DNA from: Planctomycetota bacterium
GTDB taxonomy: Bacteria > Planctomycetota > UBA11346
Direction: 5' to 3'
Length of the DNA stretch: 64,000 nt
NCBI GenBank assembly: GCA_028280785.1
Contig: JANQLF010000116.1
Location: forward strand, 87,377-151,376
Part shown: positions 34,066 to 45,400 of the stretch, one piece after another
How the letters are laid out: every line of letters begins with the position of its first letter
How positions within the stretch are numbered: position 1 is the stretch's first letter
Notes under the pieces: generated by a model
The model's database searches: none
The model's input: only the letters and a program-made list of their open reading frames with translations
What the model was told of the DNA's origin: nothing
Position numbers and translations under genes: made by a program

Positions 34066-36084
34066 ATGCGTACGGTGCCTATGTGTTTCGCCCTGATTTT
34101 GCTTTGTCTTGTGGTCCACTTACACGGACTCGAACAAGCGTTGAGTATCAATCCCATCTTTAACAACCATATGGTCTTGCAGCGAGATGTTGAGATTCGG
34201 GTTTGGGGTCGGGCCAGTGCAGGAACAGCAGTGTCCTTGCGCTTGGCTGACCAAGCCGTGACCGCTCAAGCCGATGAGCAGGGAAAATGGCTAGCGCGAT
34301 TTAATAAATTATCAGCAGGGGGTCCGTATGAATTACAGGTGGATGCCGGTGGTGAAAAAATTGCCTTAAAAGATATTCTGATTGGCGATGTGTGGCTGTG
34401 TTCGGGGCAGTCAAATATGGGTTGGCGTGTACAACAGAGTAAGGATCCCGAAAAAGAAGCAGCGAACGCTCAGTGGTCGCAGATTCGTTTATTCAGCGTT
34501 AAATTAACGACGAAACAAGCGCTTCAAGAAAATGTAGTTGGTACATGGTCGGTCTGTTCACCGGAAACCATTCCACATTTCTCTGCAGTGGCTTATTACT
34601 TCGGTCGTCATTTGCATACTGAAAAGAAAATACCTATTGGATTAATTAATAGTTCGTGGGGAGGCACACCTGCTGAGGCATGGACCAAGCGCGAAACCTT
34701 GCAAAGCAATCCAGCCTTGAGTCCAATAACTGACCGCTTCGATGTAGTCATGGAAAATTATGATGAATTAGCCAAGGCTTATATTGAGCAAAAAAAGGCC
34801 TGGGATGAAATGCGCGAAAAAGTTAAAACAGAAAAGGAACGCCATGATGATCCCGGTAATAAGGGTTATGACTTAGGCTTTGCAAAAATGGATTGCGATC
34901 TGAGTGACTGGAAAACAGCAAAAATTCCAAGTATGTGGACCATGAATATAGATGGTGCCGTGTGGTATCGCCGCGAATTTACCGTACCGGATTCATTATC
35001 CGGCAAAGATCTACACGTATATTTAGGTGCTATCGATGACTTTGATGTGACTTATGTGAATAATCAGGAAATTGGAAAAACAGGTGCCGATACACCAGAA
35101 TTTTGGATCCACAAACGTAAATACACACTTAAGAATGCTCAGGCTGGTAAAAACATTATCGCAATTCGTGTGTTTGACCATTATGGTGCAGGGGGATTTA
35201 ATTCTAAAGCCAATGATATGTATATTACCGATGGTAATGAACGTATCGAATTAGCTGGTCAATGGCATTATAAAGTAGAATTAGAACTTAATCCATTGGC
35301 ACTCAAAAACCCGCCGAAGCCGCGCCCACCGATGGGACCAGATCACAGTCATGCACCAGCAGGCTTGTATAATGCCATGATTTATCCCTTAATGCCGTTG
35401 GCGATTAAAGGCGCAATTTGGTATCAAGGTGAAACCAATGGTGGCCGTGGTTATCAATATCGTACCTTATTGCCAGCAATGATTAAAGATTGGCGTGATG
35501 GATTCGAGTCTGGCCAATTTCCATTTTTAATTGTGCAGTTAGCTAATTGGAGACAGCCATCAGAAAAACCAGCTGCTGGTGGATGGCCGGAACTACGCGA
35601 AGCGCAATTGTTAACTGCGTTGAATGATAAGCAAAACGGTTTAGCGGTCACTATCGATATTGGCGAAGCGGACGATATTCATCCAAAAAATAAACAAGAC
35701 GTTGGTAAGCGCTTGGGATTAGCGGCGCAACGAATTGCTTATGGTGATGATATCGTCGATTCAGGGCCTACATATACGAAGTCAGAAATTGAGGGTAATA
35801 AAATCCGCTTACATTTTTCTGATCTTGGTGGCGGTTTGGTAGCCAAGGGAGGACCATTGCAGCGTTTTAGCATTGCTGGTGAGGATCAGCTATTTCATTG
35901 GGCGACGGCTACGATTGATGGCGATACAGTGCTGGTGAGCAGCGATGCGGTTGCTGCACCCAAGGCAGTTCGCTATGCCTGGGAGATTAATCCAGCAGAT
36001 TGTAATTTATATAATAAAGCAGATTTACCGGCATCACCGTTTCGAACCGATGATTGGCCGCTAGTGAGCAAGGATCTCAAATAA
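34066..36084 (+). CDS. sialate O-acetylesterase family (SGNH/DUF303) protein
   Basis: GAGGAG SD precedes the start and there is a signal peptide. It has GDVWLCSGQSNM (catalytic Ser block), SSWGGTPAEAW, GAIWYQGETN and a central galactose-binding-like insert. Confidence 0.8.
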   Translation: MRTVPMCFALILLCLVVHLHGLEQALSINPIFNNHMVLQRDVEIRVWGRASAGTAVSLRLADQAVTAQADEQGKWLARFNKLSAGGPYELQVDAGGEKIALKDILIGDVWLCSGQSNMGWRVQQSKDPEKEAANAQWSQIRLFSVKLTTKQALQENVVGTWSVCSPETIPHFSAVAYYFGRHLHTEKKIPIGLINSSWGGTPAEAWTKRETLQSNPALSPITDRFDVVMENYDELAKAYIEQKKAWDEMREKVKTEKERHDDPGNKGYDLGFAKMDCDLSDWKTAKIPSMWTMNIDGAVWYRREFTVPDSLSGKDLHVYLGAIDDFDVTYVNNQEIGKTGADTPEFWIHKRKYTLKNAQAGKNIIAIRVFDHYGAGGFNSKANDMYITDGNERIELAGQWHYKVELELNPLALKNPPKPRPPMGPDHSHAPAGLYNAMIYPLMPLAIKGAIWYQGETNGGRGYQYRTLLPAMIKDWRDGFESGQFPFLIVQLANWRQPSEKPAAGGWPELREAQLLTALNDKQNGLAVTIDIGEADDIHPKNKQDVGKRLGLAAQRIAYGDDIVDSGPTYTKSEIEGNKIRLHFSDLGGGLVAKGGPLQRFSIAGEDQLFHWATATIDGDTVLVSSDAVAAPKAVRYAWEINPADCNLYNKADLPASPFRTDDWPLVSKDLK

Positions 36085-36157
36085 ATTTCGCCTAGCTATC
36101 GTTGCTGTCTGAGGTTTCTGCTATAGTATAGGTCTCCCTGCATCAGATTGGAGTGTT

Positions 36158-36640
36158 ATGGAATACTATACGTTTGAGATCGAAGGCGAAAAAGTTGGTT
36201 ACTATGAGCATCAAAATTTGGATGGGATTCTCTATTCATGTGCCTATTTCAAAATGGATGGCCATCAAATTGTAAATGCTTTTTGGATCAAACATGAAGA
36301 CGGTAAAGTATTAGCAATCAAGACTGGTGATGGTGAATATGTTGAATTTAATCAGGCAGAAGATGTCTACCCCAGTTCGGCAATTAATTTAATTATTCCT
36401 TTGGCCCAACCTGGTAATCCATTTGCTTATAAACAATATAATGAAGGCAGTGGTGAAATTGTTGGTGATGGTTTGCTAAAACGTGCGGCCAATCGTATTC
36501 AAGAAACAGTCAATGGGAAAATAGCGCGACATTTTATTCTCGACGGCGAGAAGATTATTGAGTACTGCTGGGGTGTTCGCACTTTTTCGAAGGCAGTGAT
36601 GAGCGAGCGCGAAGCGAAAGCAGGCACTGACTGGGAGTAG
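36158..36640 (+). CDS. hypothetical protein
   Basis: 160 aa with a GGAG SD. I recognised no motifs. Confidence 0.5.
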   Translation: MEYYTFEIEGEKVGYYEHQNLDGILYSCAYFKMDGHQIVNAFWIKHEDGKVLAIKTGDGEYVEFNQAEDVYPSSAINLIIPLAQPGNPFAYKQYNEGSGEIVGDGLLKRAANRIQETVNGKIARHFILDGEKIIEYCWGVRTFSKAVMSEREAKAGTDWE

Positions 36641-36747
36641 TTCATGTCTACTCTATCTGAACATCATGCTCGGTACGGATAGTAGTCACCTGGTTTATAG
36701 GATGATATCATTGGCACATCAGCGTAGAATCCGCGTAGGAGCCAACT

Positions 36748-37743
36748 ATGTCTGCTCGTCTTGGGCTGCACGCCGCCCTTAAACATGCTGATCCAATTGT
36801 AGCGCCAACGGCAGCTCGATTGCTTGCCGAAATTGAAGATCGTGAATCAATACCAGCATTGATAGATTTCGTATTGCATTCCCGTTCCTACGCCAAAACC
36901 GCCGGACTGAATGCATTAAGAAGCTTGGATGCCCAGGATGCTATTCCGGCTTTTGAGCAATTGTGTGCTGATCCATATGTTCCCGATGATTTCTACTGGT
37001 ATGGCCATAAAGGTGTGCGTGCCTCCGCCGCGGTACATTTATTGAGTTGGGGGAATACCGCTGGTGAAAGGTTTCTGCAAGAATTGCTTGATAATAAAGA
37101 TCGGGTAATTCTTCGTGATTTTACTGCGACCATTTTACAAATAAAAAATCAAGCAGCTGAAGGAATTCAAAAACAATTGTCGTTTGAAGCCTTATGGGAT
37201 GAAGCGCAAACAGTATCGTTGCAGGACACGGCATATACAGATGCATCACAGTTATGTTCTTTATGTGAAGCAATGGCATTTGTTGACGATGAACGAGCTG
37301 ATCAGTGTCTGCGTTATTATATGGATTATTACAGCCGCTATGTACGTGGAGAAGCGTATAAATCATTATATCGACGACATGGCGATGCCGTCGTGGCAGA
37401 AATCACTGACAGCGTCAATCGACATAATACTGATTTTGATCGTGTGGTGCTTGGTTTAATTAGTAAAGATGGTGATGCGCTCAAACAGATTGCTGAATCT
37501 GCACAACAAGCGTTTGACCGTACGGCTGCTTTGCACGCTTTGGCTGAAATCGAAGCACCTTGTGATGAGACATTGGCATTGTCTTTTATCAATAAGTCTG
37601 TTGGTGATGAGATCTACGGGGCTTTAGAATGGATTGTTCAGACCCAGTCCTATGACATTGCATTACCGGAACGCAGCAACGATGCACTGTACGACGTCTA
37701 TGTAAATGTTTTAGCTTTGAAAAAGGAGCTAGCACCATGTTAA
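36748..37743 (+). CDS. HEAT/armadillo-like repeat protein
   Basis: Repeated helical-pair units carry IPALIDFVL...ALRSLDAQDAIPAFEQL-type HEAT signatures. The call is tentative. Confidence 0.5.
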   Translation: MSARLGLHAALKHADPIVAPTAARLLAEIEDRESIPALIDFVLHSRSYAKTAGLNALRSLDAQDAIPAFEQLCADPYVPDDFYWYGHKGVRASAAVHLLSWGNTAGERFLQELLDNKDRVILRDFTATILQIKNQAAEGIQKQLSFEALWDEAQTVSLQDTAYTDASQLCSLCEAMAFVDDERADQCLRYYMDYYSRYVRGEAYKSLYRRHGDAVVAEITDSVNRHNTDFDRVVLGLISKDGDALKQIAESAQQAFDRTAALHALAEIEAPCDETLALSFINKSVGDEIYGALEWIVQTQSYDIALPERSNDALYDVYVNVLALKKELAPC

Positions 37744-39002
37744 AACTAGGAACAGCTCATAAAATAATTAGTCCAAGTGACATTGATAAAATATTATTGA
37801 GCGGTATGCCACGGCGCGGACCTTTGCAGGGTAAATTGGATGATACCGAAGTGAATGTGAATGTCTTGTACGATGGCAATACTTATGTGGTTACCTGTGT
37901 TTTAGATTTGGTTTTTGTGTATAAAGAAATGCATGATGAAATAGTAGCCGGTATCCAGGATCAATTACCAGATGCACATCTGATTTTAAGTTGCATCCAT
38001 GATCATTCAGGAACGGCAACGCCACGTGATGGCGATGATGAATCACATCGTGCGGCGGCAAAAACCGCAGCGAGGTTAGTTATTCAACAAAGTATTGCAG
38101 CAATCTTAGAAGCAGCGGATCAATTAAGCGAAGTTGAAGTCGGTTCGACGCGGGCTTATTTATCTGAATCATTAGGTTCCTGCAGACGTGCTAAATTTGA
38201 TAATGGGGCTTGTGTAACGGCGTGGGGTGCTGGCCCAATTATTCCACCTGGGCGTAAGTGGACTGGCTATGGCGGTCAGAATGCAAATTGGATTGATATA
38301 CTAGCTTTCAGAAAGCGGGGTGAAACGAAAGCCTGTGCAGTCATGACGTCCTATGGTTCCCATATTCATTTTTATGAAGTGCCAATGTTAACCGGAGAAG
38401 GCGGTGGTTACGCACGGGCCAAGATGCGCGACGTCTTACCACAAACTGCGATTTCCTATTTTACTGCGTATGCCGGTGATGAGGCTTTATTGTTTAATCA
38501 TCCAATGCCGGAAGGTGATGAAAAAGCATTAATTCAATGGCAGCGTGATAGCAGTGAGATGTTTGCCACATCCTTTGCCGAGTGTGTACAGCAAGCACTT
38601 GGACAAATTGCATTTGCAGATTTAGAAAGTATTGCGGTCGAGGATTATTATTGGGAAGATGAGCGTGAAACTGGCGGGCGCAAAGCCTGCTATTTATTGC
38701 AAAGTGTCAAACTGGCCAATACAGCATTATGTGCAATGCCTGGTGAAATGTTTTTAGAATGGGATGACGTGTTGCGCGATAGATGTCAAGCAGACCACGT
38801 TTTTGTTATTGGTTATAATATAAGTTGGCTCGGTTATGTGGCGACCCCGCTTGGTTTTGAGGAGGGAAGCTACGAATGTATGCGTGGCCCAGCAGACAAA
38901 ATTGGTTATGGAGACAATCCACGGCGTGTGAAGAGTGGGACCGACACTGGCGATGAATTAATAAGTAAAGTGAAGGAACAATTATCTACTTTGTTTTCTT
39001 AG
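37737..39002 (+). CDS. hypothetical protein (weak resemblance to the neutral ceramidase N-terminal-like hydrolase fold)
   Basis: AAGGAG SD precedes the start, and it overlaps the previous gene by 7 nt. LGTAHKIISP...DLVFV...SCIHDHSGT loosely resembles the ceramidase-like pattern. Confidence in the function is low. Confidence 0.5.
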   Translation: MLKLGTAHKIISPSDIDKILLSGMPRRGPLQGKLDDTEVNVNVLYDGNTYVVTCVLDLVFVYKEMHDEIVAGIQDQLPDAHLILSCIHDHSGTATPRDGDDESHRAAAKTAARLVIQQSIAAILEAADQLSEVEVGSTRAYLSESLGSCRRAKFDNGACVTAWGAGPIIPPGRKWTGYGGQNANWIDILAFRKRGETKACAVMTSYGSHIHFYEVPMLTGEGGGYARAKMRDVLPQTAISYFTAYAGDEALLFNHPMPEGDEKALIQWQRDSSEMFATSFAECVQQALGQIAFADLESIAVEDYYWEDERETGGRKACYLLQSVKLANTALCAMPGEMFLEWDDVLRDRCQADHVFVIGYNISWLGYVATPLGFEEGSYECMRGPADKIGYGDNPRRVKSGTDTGDELISKVKEQLSTLFS

Positions 39003-42000
39003 CGCGTAATTGTGTAGTGCGCCAGATCGATAATTTACTGCGATAAAAGTCCTGAGATCTGCGCATAGAATTATATAATGCAATCGCTTCTCGATGTTTG
39101 CCTTGAAGATCATAGCGCATGGCTTTGAAAAAAGGCAGGTCTGCATTACGGGATAAAAAATCTTGAGTGATGTCTAGTTCTTTTTCGCCACAGATATAGG
39201 CGATGATATCTTGGTTTTTCTGTCCAGTGAAGAAATTTCGTTCCTGTGCCCATGCCAAGGCTTTCTTGAGTTCAGTCTTAACGAGTTCTGGGTCACCCTG
39301 CTCAATAAGTAAAAATGGCTTGAAGTATACAAAGCGCTCAATGTTGATTAATTTGACTAACTCTTGATTGTCAACTTCAGTGAATGCATTTTTATCGCCA
39401 CGCATATAATCATCAAACGCTTTGAATACTAATAGTGAGCTATGATTATAGCTGCCGTATTTAGCATATTTGGTCGCATTTTCATATTGCCTTAACTTGG
39501 CTAAAGTCCTGATTTTAAACCAGCGCAGAGAGTGAACATCTTTGTGTTCCTTAAATGTGTTGAGAACATCGCGGTGTCGCCCTAGGGCATCAAGAGCCAT
39601 GATATATTCGCGCGTCATATCAGGATACTTATTAATGATGTCTTTGTATTTTTTGGCACTCAACAACAAGCGTGCCTGTGCGGTGCGGTCGTCTGGATAA
39701 TTTTCAAGGATAGCTTGATAAATATTATCCGGATACTGAACCACTAATTCTCTAAGGTCAAGAGTGCCAGCTTCTTTGAGCAGCTCATTTAATTTATCAG
39801 TTAGTCCTAATGTAGTGTAAAATTTATCCTTATTTTCCGGGAATTCTTCTTCGAGCTTTTCAATATTTCGTTCGAGTATGTAGGCACTGTAACGAGCCGA
39901 TTTCATATTTCCGAGTTGTTCATGAATAAGCACTGGATCTTTAATAAAGCTTACAAGTATAGACTTTATCTGGCCAATGAGATCGCTCGATTCATAATTG
40001 ATTTCTATATCTAGTTTTTCAGCATAGTGACGCGCTTTCGCTAGGCAGTAGAGCGCGTCTTCTTTGATCGAATTACGGTCACGGTTAAGGATATAAAAAT
40101 AATTTATTTCCACATCTTCATCGTGTTCGCGTGGATTGGCAAATAAATGCGATTTCAATGATGACGCTATATTGGCGAATAAAGATTTGCGTACAAAAAT
40201 CGGTGCTTGAGCAAGTTGCAGTTTGTCAATCGATTCATCGAGCTCAGACCATTTTTTCTGTGCACTCAGTATGTCGGCATATTTGAGCGATACGTGATTG
40301 TAGAGTTCGTGATCAGGATAGGATTTCAAAAACTGTTTAAAACAAATAGCGGCATCGGCATATTGGTGAAGTTCAGCGTAGCAGCGACCAGTGCGATAAA
40401 GAGCAACGATAGCCATATCGGTATCAGTATACACATCGCGGATTTTAAGATAATGCTCTAAGGCGTCTTTATACAACGCGTTGCTAAAATAATTATGAGC
40501 AACAGTGATGGGGCTAATCTTTTGAGCTAGCGGTTTGTGCTCGACCGTGACATTATCTACTTCAGTCCCTGGATGAATTAAGTCGAAGCCGAATTTTTGA
40601 TGAATATCACCAACGAGCATGTCGGGATCGACGTAGGAAATAATCAGTTTACCATCAATTTTTAGAGAGACTTCCTTGTCAGTTTTTTGCATTTCAATGA
40701 CATAAGTACGCCCGTTTTCTACGGCATGACCGATGTCACCCGTTGCCAAAGTGCTCCATCCTTTGGTCAGTCGCACTGTGTCCCGTTTGCCATAAGCGCC
40801 TACGTGAAACATGTAAGAATCAAATCGATTGGGACCACCAATGTAGCAATTTAAATTAGCTTTATCATGATGAGCGGTGTATTCCCATTTTATACGCATG
40901 AATCCGGGTATGCGCTTTTTAAACGTGAGGTTAACCGGTCCTATGGAGACCATATCATGGATCAAATTGATCTTATCATTTATTTCTAGATATTGATCAT
41001 GATTTTCGAGGATTGGTTTAATATTTTGATCATCCCATCCTGGCAAAACATTCAAATCCCACTTCGATGTTATGTCGGCCATGTTGCTGTTATTGAATGT
41101 CATCGTTTCATTAACGATCCAACGGCTTTGGCTGAGTGTTTTTTCATAATAGAGCCAGCCAGCCGCGCTTAGGATGATCAGTAATCCGGCAATGCCCGCC
41201 CATATAACACGCGGATCTTTTTTATAGAGTCGTTTAATTAAATCCCAGATGGTGTCGTGGTGCGCAGAAACGGCTTGGCCTTGGAGATAATTTTCTAAAT
41301 CGACAATCATTGCATCGACCGTTGCGTATCTGTTTTCTGGTTTTGGCTCCATAGCTTTTTCAGCAATATCCAGCAGTGCTTGCGGAATACGTTTGCGTTC
41401 TTCTTCGCTTGCTTTCTGAAACTTACCTTCGCGTTTATCATTCCAAAATTGTTCAATACTATCGTTCCAACAAGGAAAGCGCAGTGTTAGTAAATGATAG
41501 AGCGTGCTGCCCAAGCAGTAGATATCACTTAATTCATTGGGATTGTCGCGATTGGCTTGTTCTGGTGACATGTAAATAGGTGTGCCAAGCATGCGTTTCA
41601 TGGAATCGGCACGCATTTCAGCAGTGGTAGCAGTGCCCCAGTCAACAACTAATACCTGGCCATATTCACCAACCATAATATTACTCGGTTTGACATCATT
41701 GTGGACGATGCCTTGTGAGTGAGCGTAGGCGATAGCGTTACACGCTTGCAATAAAATGCGCACGCGTTCATCCATGCTCCATTTCTCATCGGCACCATCT
41801 TTTTGTTCTTCAATGTCATCAATGACATCGTGCAAGGATTTACCGTCAGCAAGGCCCATGGTGAAATAAATCAGTGCACCATCGGTGTAATCAAGATCAT
41901 GAACCGGTAATATATTTGGGTGTGCTAATTTTGCGGTAACCGAAGCCTCATCAATAAAGCGTAATAATTTTTTCTGATTATGTGCATCCTCGGGGTGCAT

Positions 42001-42420
42001 AAATTTAACCGCGATGTCACGATCAAAATTATTATCATGTACAGCGAAAACCTGTCCGGTGGCGCCGGTACCCAGTAAGCCTTCAATGTCGTAACGACCT
42101 GGTACGGTTTCGTCATTCAGACGTTCGCTTATTTCATCGCTGCCTAATAAAATGCTTGAATCACGCGCATCTTTGGTGGTTTCTTGAAAAGCGATAACGT
42201 TAAAATCGAGATGCTGATGTTCCATCGCGGCATCTTCAAGTGTGTCCAATAAAATTTTAGTTACTATTTGATGTTGTTTTTTCCCATGTTCTTCAAATTC
42301 TTCAACGGTTTTGATGAGTTCTTCAGCATTGGCTATTTTCATCGTCTCGTCGGGAATAGTTTGCGCCAAAACTCGGCGCAATTTTTTTGTATCCTCTATT
42401 GGTTTATGTTCGTCAGTCAT
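38986..42420 (-). CDS. membrane Ser/Thr protein kinase (non-RD, HND/DWG) with extracytoplasmic beta-sandwich and TPR-like domains
   Basis: 1144 aa. It has a Gly loop (LGTGATGQVF), VAIK-like IAVKF, catalytic loop VHNDVKPSN, VVDWGTA and GTPIYMSPEQ. A TM helix (IWAGIAGLLIILSAAGWLYY) is followed by a jelly-roll-like region of about 220 aa and about 500 aa of TPR-like helices. Confidence 0.9.
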   Translation of the reverse strand: MTDEHKPIEDTKKLRRVLAQTIPDETMKIANAEELIKTVEEFEEHGKKQHQIVTKILLDTLEDAAMEHQHLDFNVIAFQETTKDARDSSILLGSDEISERLNDETVPGRYDIEGLLGTGATGQVFAVHDNNFDRDIAVKFMHPEDAHNQKKLLRFIDEASVTAKLAHPNILPVHDLDYTDGALIYFTMGLADGKSLHDVIDDIEEQKDGADEKWSMDERVRILLQACNAIAYAHSQGIVHNDVKPSNIMVGEYGQVLVVDWGTATTAEMRADSMKRMLGTPIYMSPEQANRDNPNELSDIYCLGSTLYHLLTLRFPCWNDSIEQFWNDKREGKFQKASEEERKRIPQALLDIAEKAMEPKPENRYATVDAMIVDLENYLQGQAVSAHHDTIWDLIKRLYKKDPRVIWAGIAGLLIILSAAGWLYYEKTLSQSRWIVNETMTFNNSNMADITSKWDLNVLPGWDDQNIKPILENHDQYLEINDKINLIHDMVSIGPVNLTFKKRIPGFMRIKWEYTAHHDKANLNCYIGGPNRFDSYMFHVGAYGKRDTVRLTKGWSTLATGDIGHAVENGRTYVIEMQKTDKEVSLKIDGKLIISYVDPDMLVGDIHQKFGFDLIHPGTEVDNVTVEHKPLAQKISPITVAHNYFSNALYKDALEHYLKIRDVYTDTDMAIVALYRTGRCYAELHQYADAAICFKQFLKSYPDHELYNHVSLKYADILSAQKKWSELDESIDKLQLAQAPIFVRKSLFANIASSLKSHLFANPREHDEDVEINYFYILNRDRNSIKEDALYCLAKARHYAEKLDIEINYESSDLIGQIKSILVSFIKDPVLIHEQLGNMKSARYSAYILERNIEKLEEEFPENKDKFYTTLGLTDKLNELLKEAGTLDLRELVVQYPDNIYQAILENYPDDRTAQARLLLSAKKYKDIINKYPDMTREYIMALDALGRHRDVLNTFKEHKDVHSLRWFKIRTLAKLRQYENATKYAKYGSYNHSSLLVFKAFDDYMRGDKNAFTEVDNQELVKLINIERFVYFKPFLLIEQGDPELVKTELKKALAWAQERNFFTGQKNQDIIAYICGEKELDITQDFLSRNADLPFFKAMRYDLQGKHREAIALYNSMRRSQDFYRSKLSIWRTTQLRAKKTK

Positions 42421-45400
42421 TTTTCACTCGCTTGGAGAGTTCATCTATGAAATACTGACGAAGTAATTGGCGGTCCATGTCGTAGGTATATTCTTGCTCG
42501 ATGAATAAGGCTAGCGCCTTTTTATAATCACGAGCAATAAGTGCATTTAAGCTACGCAATTGTAATTCGGGCTCAGTGACAATTTTTGCATCGGCCAAGT
42601 TGTTATTTTTAACGGCAGGAGCATTAATGAACTCGCTTTCGCTAAGGTCGCCGAGCATATACTTTATAGTAAGTTTAAGGGTTTCGCCATAGTTATCGCC
42701 GAGCATTTCTAATTCTTTGCGCAAACCTTTGTCGTCTATCATGCCTACATGCCAACGTAAGATGATCGGCGCTATGCGGAATCCAATATAATCACTGAGT
42801 TCTTTGCCTTGATAAACCTGTGCTTGTTTAAAGATTTCGAGTGCCATTTCTCGATCACCCTTCATCCACAAGCGTAACGCTTTGGTGGCGTATGCCTTGG
42901 TTTTGGTCACGCCGGAATGGTCTTGGTTAGTGCTATTAATGACTTCATCTTCCTTGCCCATCACTGATAGTAATTGGGCATATTTCCAGGAGGGCGTATA
43001 GGAAGTGAGCTTTTTCTCGTAAGATTCTTTAGCTTTTTCAAAGTATCCAAGCTGAACCAGAGCCTCGAAGTTATGTGGCTCCTCGGCAAGTATTTCCTCG
43101 GGCGATTTTGGTTCAGGTTTATTTAATAATTCATGACAATAATGTGGTTTATCAGCATGTGGAGCAACTAATTCAGCGATTTCTTTACTATTGATAATAT
43201 TATTCCAATTTATATCAGGCCGGTAAAGCAATGGTTTAACGTAACTCCAATTACCGTTTATAATATGTGCGCGAATAACACTTTGCCCGGTTGGGCTAAT
43301 GGCCGTTGCTTTGTCTAAATTACCCATGCGGATGAGAATACCGACAGTCGTTTTGGATTCACCATATAACGCGAGAATTTCATCAAGATGACCACGTGCT
43401 TTTAATACACCAATCAAATTGCGATAAAAATTCATATTTTCTTTTTCGGTTATTTGACCGATGAGGTTATTGTATAAATCCATTTCTTTATGTGCAGACT
43501 TCACGGGCGTAATAACATCATCTACTTCTCTCATGTCTCTGCTAATACCATGTTTTTTCTGAATGGCATCGCTAATGGCGTTGTGCAACCAACGTAGTTC
43601 GGATCGGTTTTTAAACTGTTCTGAGTATTTTGTGAGTGCGCTGTGCAAGCTATCCCAGTCATCAACATTGAGATAGAGCCCGCATAAATTAATTAGGGCA
43701 TGAATAACATATTCATGATCGGGATATTGACTCATAAATTGTTTGAGTCGTATGCGCGCATCTATTGGTTTTTCAAGTTCAATCAAACACTGTGCTGATC
43801 TAAATAATGCGATAGGGGCCATGTCAGAATTGGTATAGGTCGTCCGGATATCATCGTAAGTATTGAGAGATAGTTGAAAATGGCCGTGGCTAAAGTAATC
43901 ATCGCCAATTATAATTGGACTGATTTTTTGTGGAAGTGGTTGGTCCCAAACCCGAATATTATCTAGAGCATGTGGATGATTTTGTGTCATTTCAAAACCA
44001 AATGTTTCGTGCTGTGGACCAACATAAGGAATAGGGTCGGTATAATCGATGATTAATTTGTCGTCGATAAATAATTGTACTTTCGGTCCTATTTTTTGCG
44101 CGGTGAATTTATAAGTAGTGAACGGCTTCAGGGCTTCTTCGAATGTGTAAATATCGAGTGATTGCACCGATCGGTATTTGGTCAGGCGTACTTGATCAAT
44201 GCGCCCAAAACCACCAATATGAAATAGGTAGGCATTGAAACGGTCGTTGCCGCCAATGAACATATTCATGTCATGTGCCGTATTTGATGGTGTGATTTCC
44301 CAACTAACTTTAAGGTTGCCGGCCGACCGCGTTGTGGAGCGGAGGTTAACTGCGCCAGTAAAATTGCCACTTATGCCTTGTAGCTTTCCGTCTTCAATTC
44401 TAAATACTTTTTCATCTTTTAAATCCAGCTCGGTTAAATTATTATAATTCCACCCAGGTATATAAATAAGCTTCCATTCACTAGCCAATTTATTCGTTGA
44501 ATAATTATCAAAGTTCTCGTTATAGATAGGTTTCCATTCGCTGAGTTCTTTTAATTTTTCTAGGTAAATCATATATCCGAAAACACCAACCATAATTGCG
44601 CATAAAATAATAACCATGATGGTTTTTTTATTTTTACGATAAATGCGCTTCAATTGATCTGCAATCGGGTCTTGATAGACGCTTACTGGCTCACCTTTTT
44701 GGAAGGCATTAAGATCTGCTAATAAATCATTAATGGATTGGTAACGTTTTTCACGATCGGGTTCAATGCAGTGTTCAATGATTGCGGCTAAACGCGGTGG
44801 TATTCTTTGACGCTCTTCGGCATTTAATTTTTGATAAAAGCCATCGCATTTTAAATTCCAAAATGTTTCGGCGTCATCCGAATACAGCGGAAAGCGCCCA
44901 GTGACCAGATGTAAAAATGTTGAGCCAATGCAGTAAATATCACTGATTTCATCGCTGACTTCTTTACGCGCCTGTTCTGGCGACATATACATCGGCGTGC
45001 CTAAAATTTTGGCATTTTCTTTATTGCGTTGTGCTTCGGTGGTGCTGGTACCCCAGTCAAGCAACAGTACATCACCGTATTCACCGATCATAATATTGCC
45101 GGGTTTGATATCATTATGGGCTATTTTTTTATCATGGGCGTAAGCCATGGCCTCGCAAACTTTATAGATAATATTTATTTTCTTTAATAATATATCTATG
45201 TTATTGCCTTTAAAATAATTCTTTTTCGGAATGATATCTTCAAGTGGTAGTCCGTCGGCCAGGCGCATGCTGAAAAAAGGGACCGCACCATCTGTGTAAT
45301 CGAGATTATGTACCGGTAAAATATTGGGGTGATCGAGCTTCGCAGTTACGGCAGCTTCGTCTAAAAAGCGTTCATTTTTTCTTGGATTCATCACATCTTT

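Noticed and set aside
38986-39002. 17-nt overlap between the 3' ends of the convergent 37737-39002 (+) and kinase (-) genes.
   Set aside because: Short convergent overlaps are common and need no special explanation. No hairpin or regulatory element is evident.
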